Shown: in pieces, positions 35,181 through 47,918 of the stretch | Layout: the number at the start of each line of letters is the position of its first letter | How positions within the stretch are numbered: position 1 is the stretch's first letter | DNA from: Gracilinanus agilis | Lineage: Eukaryota | Length of the DNA: 64,000 nucleotides | Direction of reading: 5' to 3' | Assembly: GCF_016433145.1 (NCBI RefSeq) | Contig: NC_058131.1 | Span: 386,818,770-386,882,769, forward strand | The notes under the pieces: generated by a model | Databases searched by the model: none | The model's input: the letters and a program-made list of their open reading frames with translations, nothing else | What the model was told of the DNA's origin: nothing | Translations under genes and position numbers: made by a program

Positions 35181-35933
35181 AACACATTATTCTAATGAGG
35201 ACTTTTCGCTGTTCAAGCAGTTGGATGTTTCTAGCACATTATATTGTGCACTCCTTAAGGGCAAGGATTGTCTTTTACCCTTTTTTTTTTTTTAATCCCC
35301 AGGGCTTAACACAGTGCTTGGAATATAGTAAGGGTCTAATAAATTTTTATTGCCTGATAAGGCAATATGGTAAATGGTAAAGCAGTTGCTTTTTTTTTTT
35401 TTTTCAGTAACCAAATGTCACATTCCATCCCCCTATTCCTCTCCTCCTGTCAGAACCCTGTGGGACAAGTAACCTGGGGATAGAAGTTAGTTCTCACCCC
35501 CATACCTAGCCTCCTCTTTAAGACCTCCACCAGCTTCAAATAATGCCATGTCCACAAAATTCCTCCCCTAACCCATCCAAATGGCCTTTTCATCTGGTTC
35601 CTGGAGCATATTGAGAAACATTAGCTCATGTCTGTTTCATTAGCCATTCCCAGTTTTGATTTGATTGAAAGTTGAAAGATTAGGAATTCAAGGTTCGGCC
35701 AACAGCCAAGAAGAAACAGTTTAAAAAGAGGGCCTGCCTCTGTTTCATAATCCTTGAAAAATGCATGATTATCAAAGCCTAAACCAACCAGTTCAACAAG
35801 CTTGGGGCTGCCTTTAAACTGGCCCACTTCAAAATAGGCTCCAACCACTGTACCACCCTATTAATGAAAACAAGAAGCAGCATGTACTCCCAAAGTCTTA
35901 AGACTCAAAAAGGACCTCAGAATTCATCTAGGC

Positions 35934-36125
35934 CAGTGGTTCCCAAACTTTTCTGTCCTACCACCCCCTTTCCAGAAAAAATATTACTTAGCCCCTGGAA
36001 ATTAATTTTTAAAAAATTTTAATAGCAATTAATAGGAAAGATAAATGCACCTGTGGCCATCACCGCTTCCCTGGATCGCTGCAGCACCCACCAGGGGGCA
36101 GTAGCGCCCACTTTGGGAATCACTG
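35934..36125 (-). mobile_element. hAT-type MITE copy 2 (192 bp), near-TSD atctaggc / a[t]tctaggc
   Basis: TIRs cagtggttcccaaa ... tttgggaatcactg; opposite orientation to copy 1. Confidence 0.9.
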
Positions 36126-36329
36126 ATTCTAGGCCAACTCACACCTGAAGTACAACTTCTGGCTATAGTGTTCCCTACTAGCAATCAACCCCAGCATGAA
36201 CCTTTCCTGTGACAGGCACTTTCTATATTTTTGTTGTCTGAATAAATTCTTGCCTGGACTCCCTGTGTTGTTGGCTTGTGTGACTGCAAGACTGCTGAAG
36301 GCCCATTTCTTGAGACATAAGCAGAGTGC

Positions 36330-37322
36330 TAATGGAAGTTAGTTCTCCCCCTAAATAACATGCATCACATTGTGGGGCATATTCACTCGCAAGGCAGCCC
36401 ATTACTATTAGGAAGTTTTTCCTTATTGTAAATACTTTTGCAAGAAGCCATCTTGGCCCAGCATGAGTGCCAGTTACTAGGCTGGAACACAGAATGCAGT
36501 GAGGGTTGGCTTGAGACCAGAAGTCAGTTGAGATGGGCCTATGAAAGCAGGAAAACTCAGAACATCAGGGTCTCAATTTTGAGATTCTGGTGGGAGGTCA
36601 GGTCATCTCGGGATCGGCTCTTAGCTAGCTAGTAGGTGCCTAAACTGCTCATAGACTGTTCTGTGTGTATCAGCATCTAACTTAAATCATCAATCAACAT
36701 CTATAAATTAACATCAATGTATCAATCCAATTATCAACAAGAAAATCAACTGCAAAAGCAACATCATTGTGGACTGAGATAAACCAAGCAATGAGTCAGG
36801 CCTCTGGCCTGGCCAGGCAAGATATCAACTGCTTTAGTTCTACTGAAGATTTAGTATACAATCAACATATTAGATAAGGTTTAGGATTTCATCCTTAATC
36901 CCTCTTTCCTCATCATTCACCCCGACCTTTCCTCTACCTTATTTATTATTATTAAAGTAGATAACATAAAGAAACCAATACAGACCTGGTTTATTCTCAG
37001 TTTTCCAAAGGCAGCTATTTGGCAACTTTGTAATTACTGATCTTCTAGTTCAAACCAACAAATCGCAGTCACAAATAGAATTCAGAGTTTATTACCTTTG
37101 AAGTCATTATACGATCCGATTACTAATTGGGGGAAAACAATCACTCCCTCATTAGTGAGCTGCTTATTCCTGTTAGCTGATTCACTACTTCCGGCTACAG
37201 GGTCATAAAGCAGTCTCTAAGTAGACTCATCCTTACCATTCATATAGGAGGTTTCACCAGTATCTCCTATTGCTTCACACCTCTGTCACTAGGACTCCTT
37301 GGGTTATATAAGGATCGTTACA
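36330..37322. mobile_element. LTR-like block, possibly two adjacent solo LTRs (clearest 37029-37322, TGTAA...TTACA, minus-strand AATAAA near 37090)
   Basis: Terminal TG..CA and poly(A)-signal position fit an LTR, but no TSD was found. Confidence 0.3.
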
Positions 37323-37349
37323 GTACTCCAAGGGTCTTTACATTATATG

Positions 37350-37720
37350 AAGCTAAAACTTACCTTTCTCTGACTTTCTCCCTTATCTTCTGGTTCTGAC
37401 CTCTGGGGATAAGCAGAAAAAGTATATTCTCCCTTATGCTTCATAGCCTTTTCCACATATTTTGCAGGCAGTGATCACGGATTCTTTAACTTTTTACCTC
37501 TCCAGATAAAAAAAAATTCCAGTTGTTTCATCTAATCTTATGTAGTCCCTTAGCCATATTCCAGCTTGTCAGCATCCCTCCAGATGTGGTATAATTAGGG
37601 CAGGGCATAGTGGGATTATCACCTCCCTTGCTCAAGACCCTAGACTTTTTATAATGCAGCCCAAGATCATATTAGCTCTTTTGGCTATCACATCCCATTG
37701 TCAACTTATATTGGTTTTGC
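37350..37720 (-). mobile_element. L3/CR1 remnant
   Basis: CR1 antisense pattern (cagatgtggtataattagggcagggcatagtgggattatcacctccc...taatgcagcccaagatc). Confidence 0.5.
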
Positions 37721-37984
37721 AGTCCTTTGAGAAACAGATGGATGGACAAGTAAGCAGACCCAGACAGAAAGAAACATACACAAAGCAAAACACATCTCCA
37801 TCAATAATGGAGTAATTGTGGAGCAGTGGTTATGCCCCAGAGTTGAGTGCAGGGGCAGCTTAAGACTAAAATGATAGTGAAATCTGACATGAATACTTGA
37901 GCCACAGTCCCAGAGCTGCACACAGATTTTTCTCAGGCAACCAGTGAACTCCATAGGACAGTTATTAATCAGTCACCTACTTCT

Positions 37985-38430
37985 TTATTTTTTTCTTCAT
38001 TTTTTTTCATTTTTATTTTGAATATTTTCTCATAGTTACATATTTCATGTTCTTTCCCTTTCCCCCAAGCTCCCTTAGCCAACACACAATTCCACTGGGT
38101 TTTACATGTATCATTGATCAAGACCTAATTCCATATTATCGATAGTTGGACTAGAGTTATCATTTAGTGTCTTCATCCCCAATAATATCCCCATCAGCCC
38201 ATGTATACAAGCAGTTGTTTTTCTTCTCCATCCCCAGTTCTTCCTTTGAATGTGGCTAGTTTTCTTTCTCATAAGTCCCTCAGCCTTGCTCTGGATCCTT
38301 GCATTGCTGCTAGTAGAAAAGTCCATTACATTCGATTTTACCACAGTGTATCAGTCTCTGTGTACAATGTTCTCCTGGATCTGCTCCTTTCACTCTGCAT
38401 CAATTCCTGGAAGTCATTCCAGTCACATAC
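37985..38430 (-). mobile_element. L1 3' end
   Basis: Reverse complement of the L1 3' sequence at 17030-17450. Confidence 0.85.
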
Positions 38431-39578
38431 TTCTTTAGCTTAATGGTGCTGACAAACATAGCTTTGGAGTCGTAAAACTACAGTGGCCCTGGTTTTAATT
38501 TCAGAGTCAAAAGTATATAAAAGAATACAAACTTCTCTGAATTTGTACTAGTGGAGGGGGGCATTTCTCACATGTTTCCTTTACTCTGGAATCAACTCCA
38601 GTGACTATGATTTTTTCTTTCACCTCATGAAAACTCAAGCCCTGAATAGCGGCTGGTGGCACAATCTGTACCCATGTGCTCATTCCCCTCAACAGCCTAC
38701 AGCTAAGTATTCTGATTTCTCTAATTAACCCCTGCCTACTCTCTTATCTGGATTAATATCTTCCCCTCCCCTCTGCCTAGAATTCATGTTCTCTATAAAA
38801 CCTGTGCCTGGGATTTCTTCTAATATCAAGATTGTTCAGATGCCAAAGAGAAGGAGATTCCCATCATGTTTAGAAAAAGTCATCAAAGGTATCAGAACAA
38901 GCATTATTTACTAGCTGTCTAACATTCAGCACCTCTGATATGAGGGCTTGCTCCTCCACCTTTGGTGGTCACCTTTTACCCATCTCTCACCTGTGACTCC
39001 AAGGCTACTGTGGCACACACAGCAGTCATACGCCAGTAAAACTTTCTCTGTAGACAGGTTAAACCAGATTAGGGGAACAGACAGACCTCAAACCCATCAG
39101 TGAGTTAGGGGAGATTTCAGCCCCAAGCATAGGAAGGCTCTCCTCTGCTCCCCCAGAATGGGCAGATGAGAACTGAAGCATGTACTGTGGAGCACTTAGA
39201 GCTTGATCAAACATAAAAGACACTATTGCCCAGGCCAGCACCAGTCCTGACTTTCGTCTTACCACTGGACTTCAATGACTTTGAAAGAGGGAGACAGATG
39301 ACTTTGTGCAACTGTGCCTCACTTAGATCAACAACAGTGACCTCATTCAGCCTGCAGAGCAAACAGGGCTGAAAATCTGGTAGCCTGTGAACTCTGCCCA
39401 AATTCCATTGTTAACCAGTGCCCTAGTGCCCAGGGAAGAGAAAAAGCACAAGGAGTGTGTGGTGTCATACTAGTAACTAGCTACTCGCCCCTTTACACAC
39501 CCTCAACAGTGACTAAGGAGCTGGACTAAGAGGAACTCCTCATCCTTTCTCTGTCTCACTTTCCCATCCCATCCATAG

Positions 39579-39670
39579 GAGGGATATATCTGGGGCTCAA
39601 TGAGGAGGACAGCCTTCATTCTGGGCTCTGGCCTGCTGACGTTTGTGGCTTTTTGGAACTCTGTGACCTG
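39579..39670 (+). CDS. FAXDC2: FAXDC2 coding exon 2 (EGYIWGSMRRTAFILGSGLLTFVAFWNSVTW)
   Basis: ccatag|GAG ... TG|gtaagt; 92 nt; hand-translated. Confidence 0.93.
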
Positions 39671-39810
39671 GTAAGTCAAGCTTGAATTTAACCAAGAAAT
39701 TGTGCATGTGTGCATGCATATTTGTGTGTGTGTATTGAGGTGAAATGAGACCTTCTTTCATTAACTCCCTTTCTTCCCGGGGGGGTGGGGTGGTGATTCT
39801 CTGTTTGAAG

Positions 39811-39914
39811 GCATCTACAAAAATTCTGGGGTGCCTCAGGACACTTCTGGCAAACCCAGTGGGAGAAGCTACTTTCTACTTTTGCGGAAAAGGAGTGGAT
39901 CCTCTTCTGTCTAG
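39811..39914 (+). CDS. FAXDC2: FAXDC2 coding exon 3 (HLQKFWGASGHFWQTQWEKLLSTFAEKEWILFCLG)
   Basis: tttgaag|G ... G|gtacag; 104 nt; hand-translated, phase-consistent. Confidence 0.92.
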
Positions 39915-40109
39915 GTACAGTCCTTTACCTAGTGGTCCCATTCCAAAGGGGAATCTCCTGGGCATGAACATATGACCTTGGTTTTTCCTTTCACTTTGTG
40001 CCTCAGAGGTTCAGCAGTTAAAAAAAAATATTGACACTTAGGTGGAAATTGATATATTGAAAAGGAGGAGCATGGAGAAATGAATTGCTTAAAGGAGGGG
40101 AATAAAAAT

Positions 40110-40270
40110 CCCAAGGAAGATAAGTGGCTGAGGGGATAGAACACTAGGTTAGGAGGACCTGGGTTCAAATCTGGCCTCATTCACTTCCTAGTTATGTGAC
40201 CCTGGGCAAGTCATTTAACCCCATTTGCCTAGCCCTTGCCTTCTATCTTAGAGTTGTTACTAAGATAGAA
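40110..40270 (+). mobile_element. Marsupial CORE-SINE
   Basis: gggttcaaatctggcctca...gtgaccctgggcaagtcatttaacc...gtaagggtttaaaaaaa. Confidence 0.8.
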
Positions 40271-41823
40271 GTAAGGGTTTAAAAAAATACAAACAAATCC
40301 ACTAGATATAAACTGCCAAACAAATGTTTGTTAAATATCTCTTATGTTCAAGGCCCTGAGCTTAGAGGAATATAGAAATCACTGGCATGATGGACCACTT
40401 GTTGGGTGGGAAAACTATTGGTATAAAACTCAAGGGCCTAGATTTGAGCCCCATACTCCACTTATCAGCTATGGGACTTTGAGGGGAGTACTGAATCTTA
40501 ATTTCCTTATCTGAAAAAGTAGAATAAGACATTCACTCCCTTACTTTCTGGAACTGTTGTGAGATAAGAGCTTTGTAAACTATAAACTATAATAAAGAGA
40601 ACTCATAATTACTCGGACACATGCAAAGGCTTAAGCAAATTAGAAAATTTCAAATATAAATTACATTGAAGATAGAACTGTCCTTCCTTCATAACCACCC
40701 AAAAATGTATTGTTAAAGCATACTCTTTATGCTTTAACTTATTGTCAACAAAGCCTTTAGAGTACTGTGAGAGATTATCCCATTTGATAAGAGGGGGCTT
40801 TGAGGTTCAGAGCCCATATTTCTAAGTGCAACATTTTCCATAAAAGAGTCCAGCTGAAGTAGGTCATGAAACAGTTATTCTTCCCCTTTAATAAATAAAT
40901 ATTTCAAGAGATTCAAATGACTTTTCCATGGTAACACAAAAGAAACAGGGTAGGGTAGATTAGAACCCAGGTTTTCCAGAGGTTTTCTGCTACATCAAAC
41001 TGGATAGCACTAAGATCTCTGCCAAATGAGCTGGAGGAAGGCAATACTGATCATGTGCCTCTCACACACTCTGCAGACTGAGATTCTGAGAAAGGAGAAA
41101 TCTTAGTGTCTTTGGGTAGAGCAGGAAAGTTTTCTAAAGGAGGTAAACGGTGGTGATCTTTAGAGAGGCAAATTATTGTAAATCCAGCTTTGCTACTAAT
41201 TGTGATCTTGGCGGCACCCTTGGCCAGTGATTTTCAGATTGCATCTTCAAAAAGCCATTAAATAATCTGTTATAGTCACATCATTTGAACCCTTGTACAT
41301 ATGACTCAAGGAATGCTTGCTGAATTTAATTAAATCACTTTCTTATGTGATATATTATTCCATGTGATCCTCAACAACCTTGTGAAGTTTAGTTGGGTCC
41401 TTATTTAACAAACAGGGAAACGGAGACTCAGATGTAGAGTGACTTGTCCAAGTTTTCCTGGCCAAGCACTCTTTTCTTTAGGCCATCACATCTCTCCATA
41501 TGGGCTGCAAAAGAAAGCATTTAAGTTGAGCCGTCAAATTTGCAGATGAAAATACTATACTAGAAAAGGGGTACTTTCATTCCCTCAGCTCTGGGTCTCT
41601 CTAGAGAGCTCTTTAGTGGTATATTTCCCAAAGAACTAAAGTACAGCAGCTTCAGTCACTGTAGCTCCTGTGCTATTGTAATAGTCTTAAAACCATCTTT
41701 GGTTAATCAGAAAACTAGGCCCAGTTCTTCAGCCCCTATAAGGGCCAAAGTTGACAGCTGGAAAAATGGATAAACATAGGACTGGCTTTGACTACCACTT
41801 ACCTTTTCCCCCTTGCTGTGTAG

Positions 41824-41945
41824 GTGTAGCTCTTATTCCTTCCATAGTATTTTGGAGTTTTAATGCCCTTCTTCTGGTGGTGGACACAACTGGGAAGCCA
41901 CATTTTATCTCCCGCTACCGAATTCAAGATGGCAAGAATGATCCT
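41824..41945 (+). CDS. FAXDC2: FAXDC2 coding exon 4 (VALIPSIVFWSFNALLLVVDTTGKPHFISRYRIQDGKNDP)
   Basis: Within ORF 41751..41978(+); gtgtag|GT ... CCT|gtaagt; 122 nt. Confidence 0.94.
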
Positions 41946-43140
41946 GTAAGTCCTTCTAGCAACACTTGGACCATTTGAGGTCTCTGTGTCATTTTGGGGG
42001 TGGAGGCAGGACAGGGCAGGAGACAGAGGAACTACAAAAAAAGGTAAGTCAAGCCCCATACCATAACAACTATCATAAATTGTTGGTGACCAGAACTTTT
42101 GTTTGAAAAAAGGATTGAATCATGAAATTTAGAGTCAGAGGTAACTTACTATTACTCTCACCTCCTCATTTTATGGATGAGAAAACTGAGAATGAAAACG
42201 AATTGACTTGCCCATGTTCATACAGGCAAGAAAACAGGAGTGGCAGGATTTGAAGCTAAGTCCACTGACTCCTGGACCCATTGATTTTCCCCCACTGCCT
42301 CAGCCCTTCTGATCCTTGTCCCCAGATAGGACATAGATACAAGAATGTGATTTACTACTTGGTGAGGTGCCAAAAAGGTGGTAGGCTCTGGATTATAAAC
42401 AAATTCCATTGTTAATCAGTGCCCTTGTTCCTTGAGCCCAAGAAGAGTGTGGGATTAAACTAATAAAACAGACAGGAGGCTGTAAGAGAAAGAAAAGGCC
42501 AGTCCTTTTTTGTCTGATAGTATAGCGGTGAGGGGAATCCAATTTATAGAGTGATTCATCTTCCACTGGGCAAGCCATGACCTGAATTTCTTTTTAACCC
42601 TTGTTCTGGCCTCGGCCAAGAATACACCCTCATGTTTAGAAGCCAGAGGCCCTGCTGAGATACCAGAGGCAGCTTTTACTTTATATATCTCAAGAGCAAA
42701 GTGAGGCTCACAGTTAAAGAGAAAGCATGACTCTTGGACTTCACACCTTTTCCAGTAGAATATTATGATGAGAACTGTTGGCAGGAGGAAATACATCTGT
42801 GAGGATGTAGCTGGGGACCTCCTCAGAAGTGTCTTCCCCATTGGGTGGGATGCTAGCTACCTATTTCTCCTCTTGGACAAACATGCAGTCTGAAAGTCAG
42901 AGTTCTCAGACAAAAAAGATTTGCCTTGGGGTAACACAGGATTGCACAGGGGCTGAAGGTAGTAGAAGACTTGGGTGTACAATCGATCTGCCAGCAAAGG
43001 GAAGGGAAACTCACTAGCTAAGGCAACAGTACATCATCCTGGCAGTACACTGACAACTATTTCAGCCTTGGTGGCATCTGTAGGGGAAAGCAGGTTGAGG
43101 CTGTGGAGAGCCCATCAACTAGGTATCTTCATGGGCAAAA

Positions 43141-43740
43141 CCAGGGGTGTGCTGGAGCCAGGCTGAACTGCTTTTGGGAGCCGATTGTTAAAAATTTCAA
43201 TGTGAGCATTTACACTGTTACAAATCTGGGCTCGATTTATTATTTTGTTGATGGTCTAGAGTTCTAGAGGTGTCAAACTTGTGGCCCACAGACAGAAGGG
43301 GCCAGCAAAACTCCCTACCTAAAATGTAATTGGGAAATGTTTAACAAAATATACAGTATAACATTGATAATTTGTGATTTTCTAAGTCAAGTGGCAGCCA
43401 GATATCCCTTTCTATTTCAGTATGATGTCTCTTGTCTAGAAAGTAATAGAAAAAATATTAAAAATACAAATTAAATTTAAAAATATTTCAGGAGCAGGGG
43501 GCAGCTGGGTGACTCAGTGGATATAGAACCAGGCCTAAAGATGGGAGGTTTTGGGGCTCAAATCTGGCCTCAGGTACTTCCCAGCTGTGTGATCCTGGGC
43601 AAGTCTCCCATTGCCTAGCCCTTATCACTCTTCTACATTACAGCCAAAAACAGTTTTGATTCTAAGATGGAAGGTAAGAGCTAAAAAAAAAAGATTTTTC
43701 AACCTATCTTCAACCCCGTAGGAGAGCCAGTTGTTAAATC
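43141..43740 (+). mobile_element. MER63-like (hAT-Blackjack) DNA transposon remnant carrying an inner hAT-like piece (~43265-43435) and a SINE (43497-43692)
   Basis: ccaggggtgtgctggagcc...gagccgattgttaaa...gatttattattttgttgat.gtctaga...ggagagccagttgttaaa match the MER63 pattern as recalled. Confidence 0.6.
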
Positions 43741-44293
43741 ACTAAGTGGAACCATCACAGAACTATGGAACTGGAAGTGACTTTGAGGTATTTGTGATTC
43801 TCACAGTAAAGTTAGAAGTAGCAGTCAGAAGATGAGGCTTTTAGTCCAGGCTCTAGTATTTCCAGATGAACCTTGTGATCATTTCGGACAAGTCACTACC
43901 TGTCTTCATCTCTGCCTTCAAAAGAGGATAGGAATACTTATACATAACCCCTATATCACAGAGTTGTTCTAAAGAAAGATTTTTGTAGTTCTTAGACTAG
44001 AAAACTATACAAACACGAACCAAACCACTATGATTGACATCACCAAATATATAATGAGAAGGGGAGAGGACTTTTCCATCATGCTCTGAACCACATTGAA
44101 CAAATGAGGAAATTGAGGCTCACAGCAGTGTGTCACGCTTGGTTAGAAGGGTGGAACAAGAAGGACTCCTATCATTGAAACAAGGGAAAATCCTTACCTC
44201 TGACCCACTGCCCTTTGCCAGACCGGACTGGTCCCACTCAAAGACCACAGCACCCTTTCCCTCTGGCTCACTAGTCTTTCTTTCCTGCTATAG

Positions 44294-44499
44294 GTGGACC
44301 CAACAAAACTCCGCCAGGCCCTCAAGACAGTCATCTTCAACCAATATGTTGTCTCCTTCCTCATGCTGGTGTCGTTCTACCCCTTCTTCAAGTGGCGAGG
44401 AGATCCTTGCCGCCCTGAGCTGCCCACCTTTCACTGGTTCCTCCTAGAGCTGTCTGTCTTCACACTAATAGAAGAAGTCCTGTTCTACTACACACACCG
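44294..44499 (+). CDS. FAXDC2: FAXDC2 coding exon 5 (VDPTKLRQALK...EEVLFYYTHR)
   Basis: ORF 44294..44503(+); ctatag|GTG ... CG|gtaagc; 206 nt; starts the first His box. Confidence 0.95.
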
Positions 44500-44904
44500 G
44501 TAAGCTGGGTGGGGAAGGGGGAAGGGAGACCACGTTGAACAGATTAGGAAACTAAGGAGGCCAAAGCCCAAGTCCCTGATCTAGGGCCAACGTCCCTCTG
44601 ACCTGGGCATCATGGGATAACTGGGACTAGAAAGAGTTCTGGAATTAGAACCAAGAAGTACCTAGATTCAAATCTTATTTCTAATACTTATTATTGAACT
44701 TGCAAAAGTGACTTCACTTCTCCGGGTGTGTTTCCTCACCCATAAAATGAGGTTGCTGAGTCTTGTACTACCTCCCTCCCAGGAATACTGTGAAGTACTC
44801 TGTAAATCTTAAAGAACTAAAGAGATGCAAATGATTATTATATGTTAAATAAGATGAGGACCCCACCTTCAAGTCACTAACCTAGGATGGCTAGAGGAAC
44901 ATTT

Positions 44905-45100
44905 TTTTTTTAAACCTTTACCTTCTGACTTAGAGTGGCTACCAAGTATCAGTTTCAAGGCAGAAGAGCAGAAAGGGCTAGGCAATGGAGTTGTGACTTG
45001 CCCAGGGTCACACACCAAGGAAGTGTCTGAGGTCATATGTAAACCCAGGATCTCCCATCTTTAGGTCTTGCTCTCAGTCCATTTGCCACATAGATGCCCC
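44905..45100 (-). mobile_element. Marsupial SINE
   Basis: Reverse head, CORE and tail. Confidence 0.8.
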
Positions 45101-45383
45101 AAGAGATACACTTCTAACTGGGAAATGACACACTAATAGGAAGTAGTATGTGATAAATTGAGAAACATTTACCAAGCACCTCCTCTGTGCTGGGCAATGG
45201 GGATACGAAGGGAGGCAAAAACCAGCCCTTGCCCTCAAGGAACGTACAATCTAGGCCAGGCTCACCAAGTTGCCTCCCTTCAGAACATTCTTAAATCCCT
45301 CAGTTGTGAAGTACTAGACAAAGACAGAACTGTCTCTCCATGCTCATTATCAGGCAGGTGAATGATGGTTTTTTTTCTTACAG

Positions 45384-45489
45384 GCTCATTCATCACCCCA
45401 TATTCTATAAGCGATTCCATAAGAAACACCATGAGTGGACGGCCCCCATCGGTGTGGTCTCTCTCTATGCTCATCCTGTGGAGCATATG
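45384..45489 (+). CDS. FAXDC2: FAXDC2 coding exon 6 (LIHHPIFYKRFHKKHHEWTAPIGVVSLYAHPVEHM)
   Basis: ttacag|G ... ATG|gtaagc; 106 nt; His boxes HRLIH and HKKHH of the sterol desaturase/fatty acid hydroxylase family. Confidence 0.96.
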
Positions 45490-45924
45490 GTAAGCAGAGA
45501 TTCAGGCTGTGATTCCCCTCCAACCTAGCCTAGGACAGAGACAAAGACCTCTCCTCATAACTGTTCAGGGAGATTGGCTTTACTTCATTCTTGTTCCTTA
45601 GTCCAGGATGTATCAGGAAGTCACTTCATTTCTGAGCCACCTTCCTTCCCCCTATTTTGCAAGTCTGTTGTCTAGGCAGATCCTGTCTCTGAAAACCTGC
45701 TGGTGTCTCCAGATCCTCTTAAGGACAACATAGCTCCATCTGGCAGAACTGAAGAGAGAAGAGAGTCAGTGCCCTATTTCTTCAGCATCCACCTTCTACA
45801 CTACTGGCCTTCAAATATTTCTCACATAAAGTCCTTTCTTTTAGCCCCCACTGTCTCCTTTTATAATGGCAGCACCTACATCTCCCTCCTTGTTCCTCAA
45901 AACAAAGCTGTCTTCTACTTACAG

Positions 45925-46091
45925 GTCTCCAACATGATGCCAGCCATGTTAGGTCCCCTGGTAATGGGCTCTCATCTGTCCTCCATCACCATGTGGTTTT
46001 CCTTGGCTCTCGTCGTCACCACCATTTCTCACTGTGGCTACCATCTGCCTTTTCTGCCTTCACCAGAATTCCATGACTACCATCACCTCAA
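45925..46091 (+). CDS. FAXDC2: FAXDC2 coding exon 7 (VSNMMPAMLG...SHCGYHLPFLPSPEFHDYHHLK)
   Basis: ttacag|GTC ... AA|gtaaga; 167 nt; HCGYH and HDYHH boxes. Confidence 0.96.
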
Positions 46092-47451
46092 GTAAGATCC
46101 TCTTCAAGAGGCCCCTAACTCTGGGGATTAACCCAGATCTGAACTATGGGAAATTTCTACTCTCTTGCTTTCTGCAGCTAGCCCTCTATGGCTGGCAACA
46201 TGGCACAGTGTTGGAGCACAAATGGGCTTTGGTTTTGGCCTTGAACTAGGAAGAGGAGAGATTATATGACTTGTTTAGAGGGAAGAAGGACCTTAGATAC
46301 CACCTAATCTAACCTCCAACTTTAGAAATGAGGAAATTGAACCCAGAGAGGACAAGTAATTTGCCCAAAGTAAGAAAATTTTGTATTAGAGCCAGAATTC
46401 ACACCTAGGCCTTATGACCCAGTGACATTACCATTTCCACTAAATCGTGCTGTTTACCATCCCAGAGGCAAACAAGAATCAGAGCTGGGGAAGCCCATAT
46501 GGATCACAAGGATCCCTGGTGTCCAGCATAGTACCTTTCACAGAGTTAGTGGTCAGTACATACCAGTGGTTGAATTGAACCTCAGCACCTCACTTTTGTG
46601 TTTTCCTAAGCACTTCACTCCCTCATAGCAGCTCACTAAGAGACAGTGCAAGTCTTATCCCCATTTAATAGCTGAAGAAACAGCCTCACACTGGAGCAGC
46701 GGCTTACCCAAGGTCAAATATATACTAAGTGTCAGAATATCATTCTCTAACGCTAGCCAGGGACCCTGGGCAACTCACTTAACATCTCTGAACCTCAGTT
46801 TCCTCATTTGTAAAATGGAACAAGGTTGTCACGGGGATTACATATATAGAGGGCCCTCTGTAAACTTTAAGAGCCATATAAATGTCAGCTGTTGTTATTT
46901 TGTGGCAGACACTTGGGACAAGTGAGGAGGACAAATTTACCTCTGCTTAAAAAATGGAGGAGGCCTGATGGGCACTGTTCATTGATCCAGTTCAGTTACT
47001 CTTCCCCATCAGTCCATCATCAATAATAGGCCCATACACAGAACCCAATTTTCCAGACTAGGCTGGTTCTGAGGGATGACAGAGACTAGGAGAGGACTAT
47101 TTTGATGGCTTCACTATCTTATCTATATGTGAACTCTCTCTGCTAGTACAGATTTCATCAGAGCCATCTCTTTTTAGCTTATGTCATTCTTTATTTCTTT
47201 TCATAAATAACTTCATAAAAGATCTATCCAACAAGCCAAGGTCCTTCTTTGAGGACTTTTAAACCTTTTATAGACACCATTGCCAACACAACACTGACTC
47301 AGGCTACAGTTAACCAGCTCACCTCTGTTCTAGTCATGTCTATCATTTGCTAACATCTTTCATGCCACTCCCTTAGTGCAAGACATTCCAGAGGATTCCC
47401 TATTCACCATAAGTCTCCCTGTCTCATCATGCCACACACAATTTCAATTTT

Positions 47452-47918
47452 GTTTTTACATTTTTACCCTCTGTCTTCGGATTGATACTAAGTATCAGTT
47501 CTAAGGGAGTAGAGTGGTAAGGAGTAGGCCATGGGTAAGTGACTTGCCCAGGGTCACATAGCTAGGAAGTGTCTGAATCCAGATTGGAATAGAGGTTCTC
47601 CTGTGTGGATTTTAAAATTAGTAATCAATAACTAAATATTATATCTAATAAAGTTTTATTAATAATAAACAAACAAAAAATACTAGCTAAAAGGTACTAA
47701 CCAGCCCACTCCCAAGAATAAAAGAGGAAGAAGGAAGAGTTATAGCCAACTATAAAACAATAAAGTGACCATGCAAACTTGGAGGTGCAGGAGAGATTAA
47801 AGGGAATTTGGGGGAATACTAAGGGACTTATGGGGGACGCAGACCAAGGTTCAAAATCTCCATTTATACACCTGACTCCAGGCCTGGCTTTTGATCCACT
47901 GAACCACCCAGCTGCCTC
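47452..47918 (-). mobile_element. SINE split by a solo LTR
   Basis: SINE reads ...aggttctcctg then resumes cctgactccaggcctggc after the LTR. Confidence 0.8.
47604..47870 (-). mobile_element. Solo LTR (267 bp), 4-bp TSD CCTG, ERV1-like
   Basis: TGTGG...TACA termini; CCTG at 47600-47603 and 47871-47874; minus-strand AATAAA ~50 bp from the left end. Confidence 0.75.
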
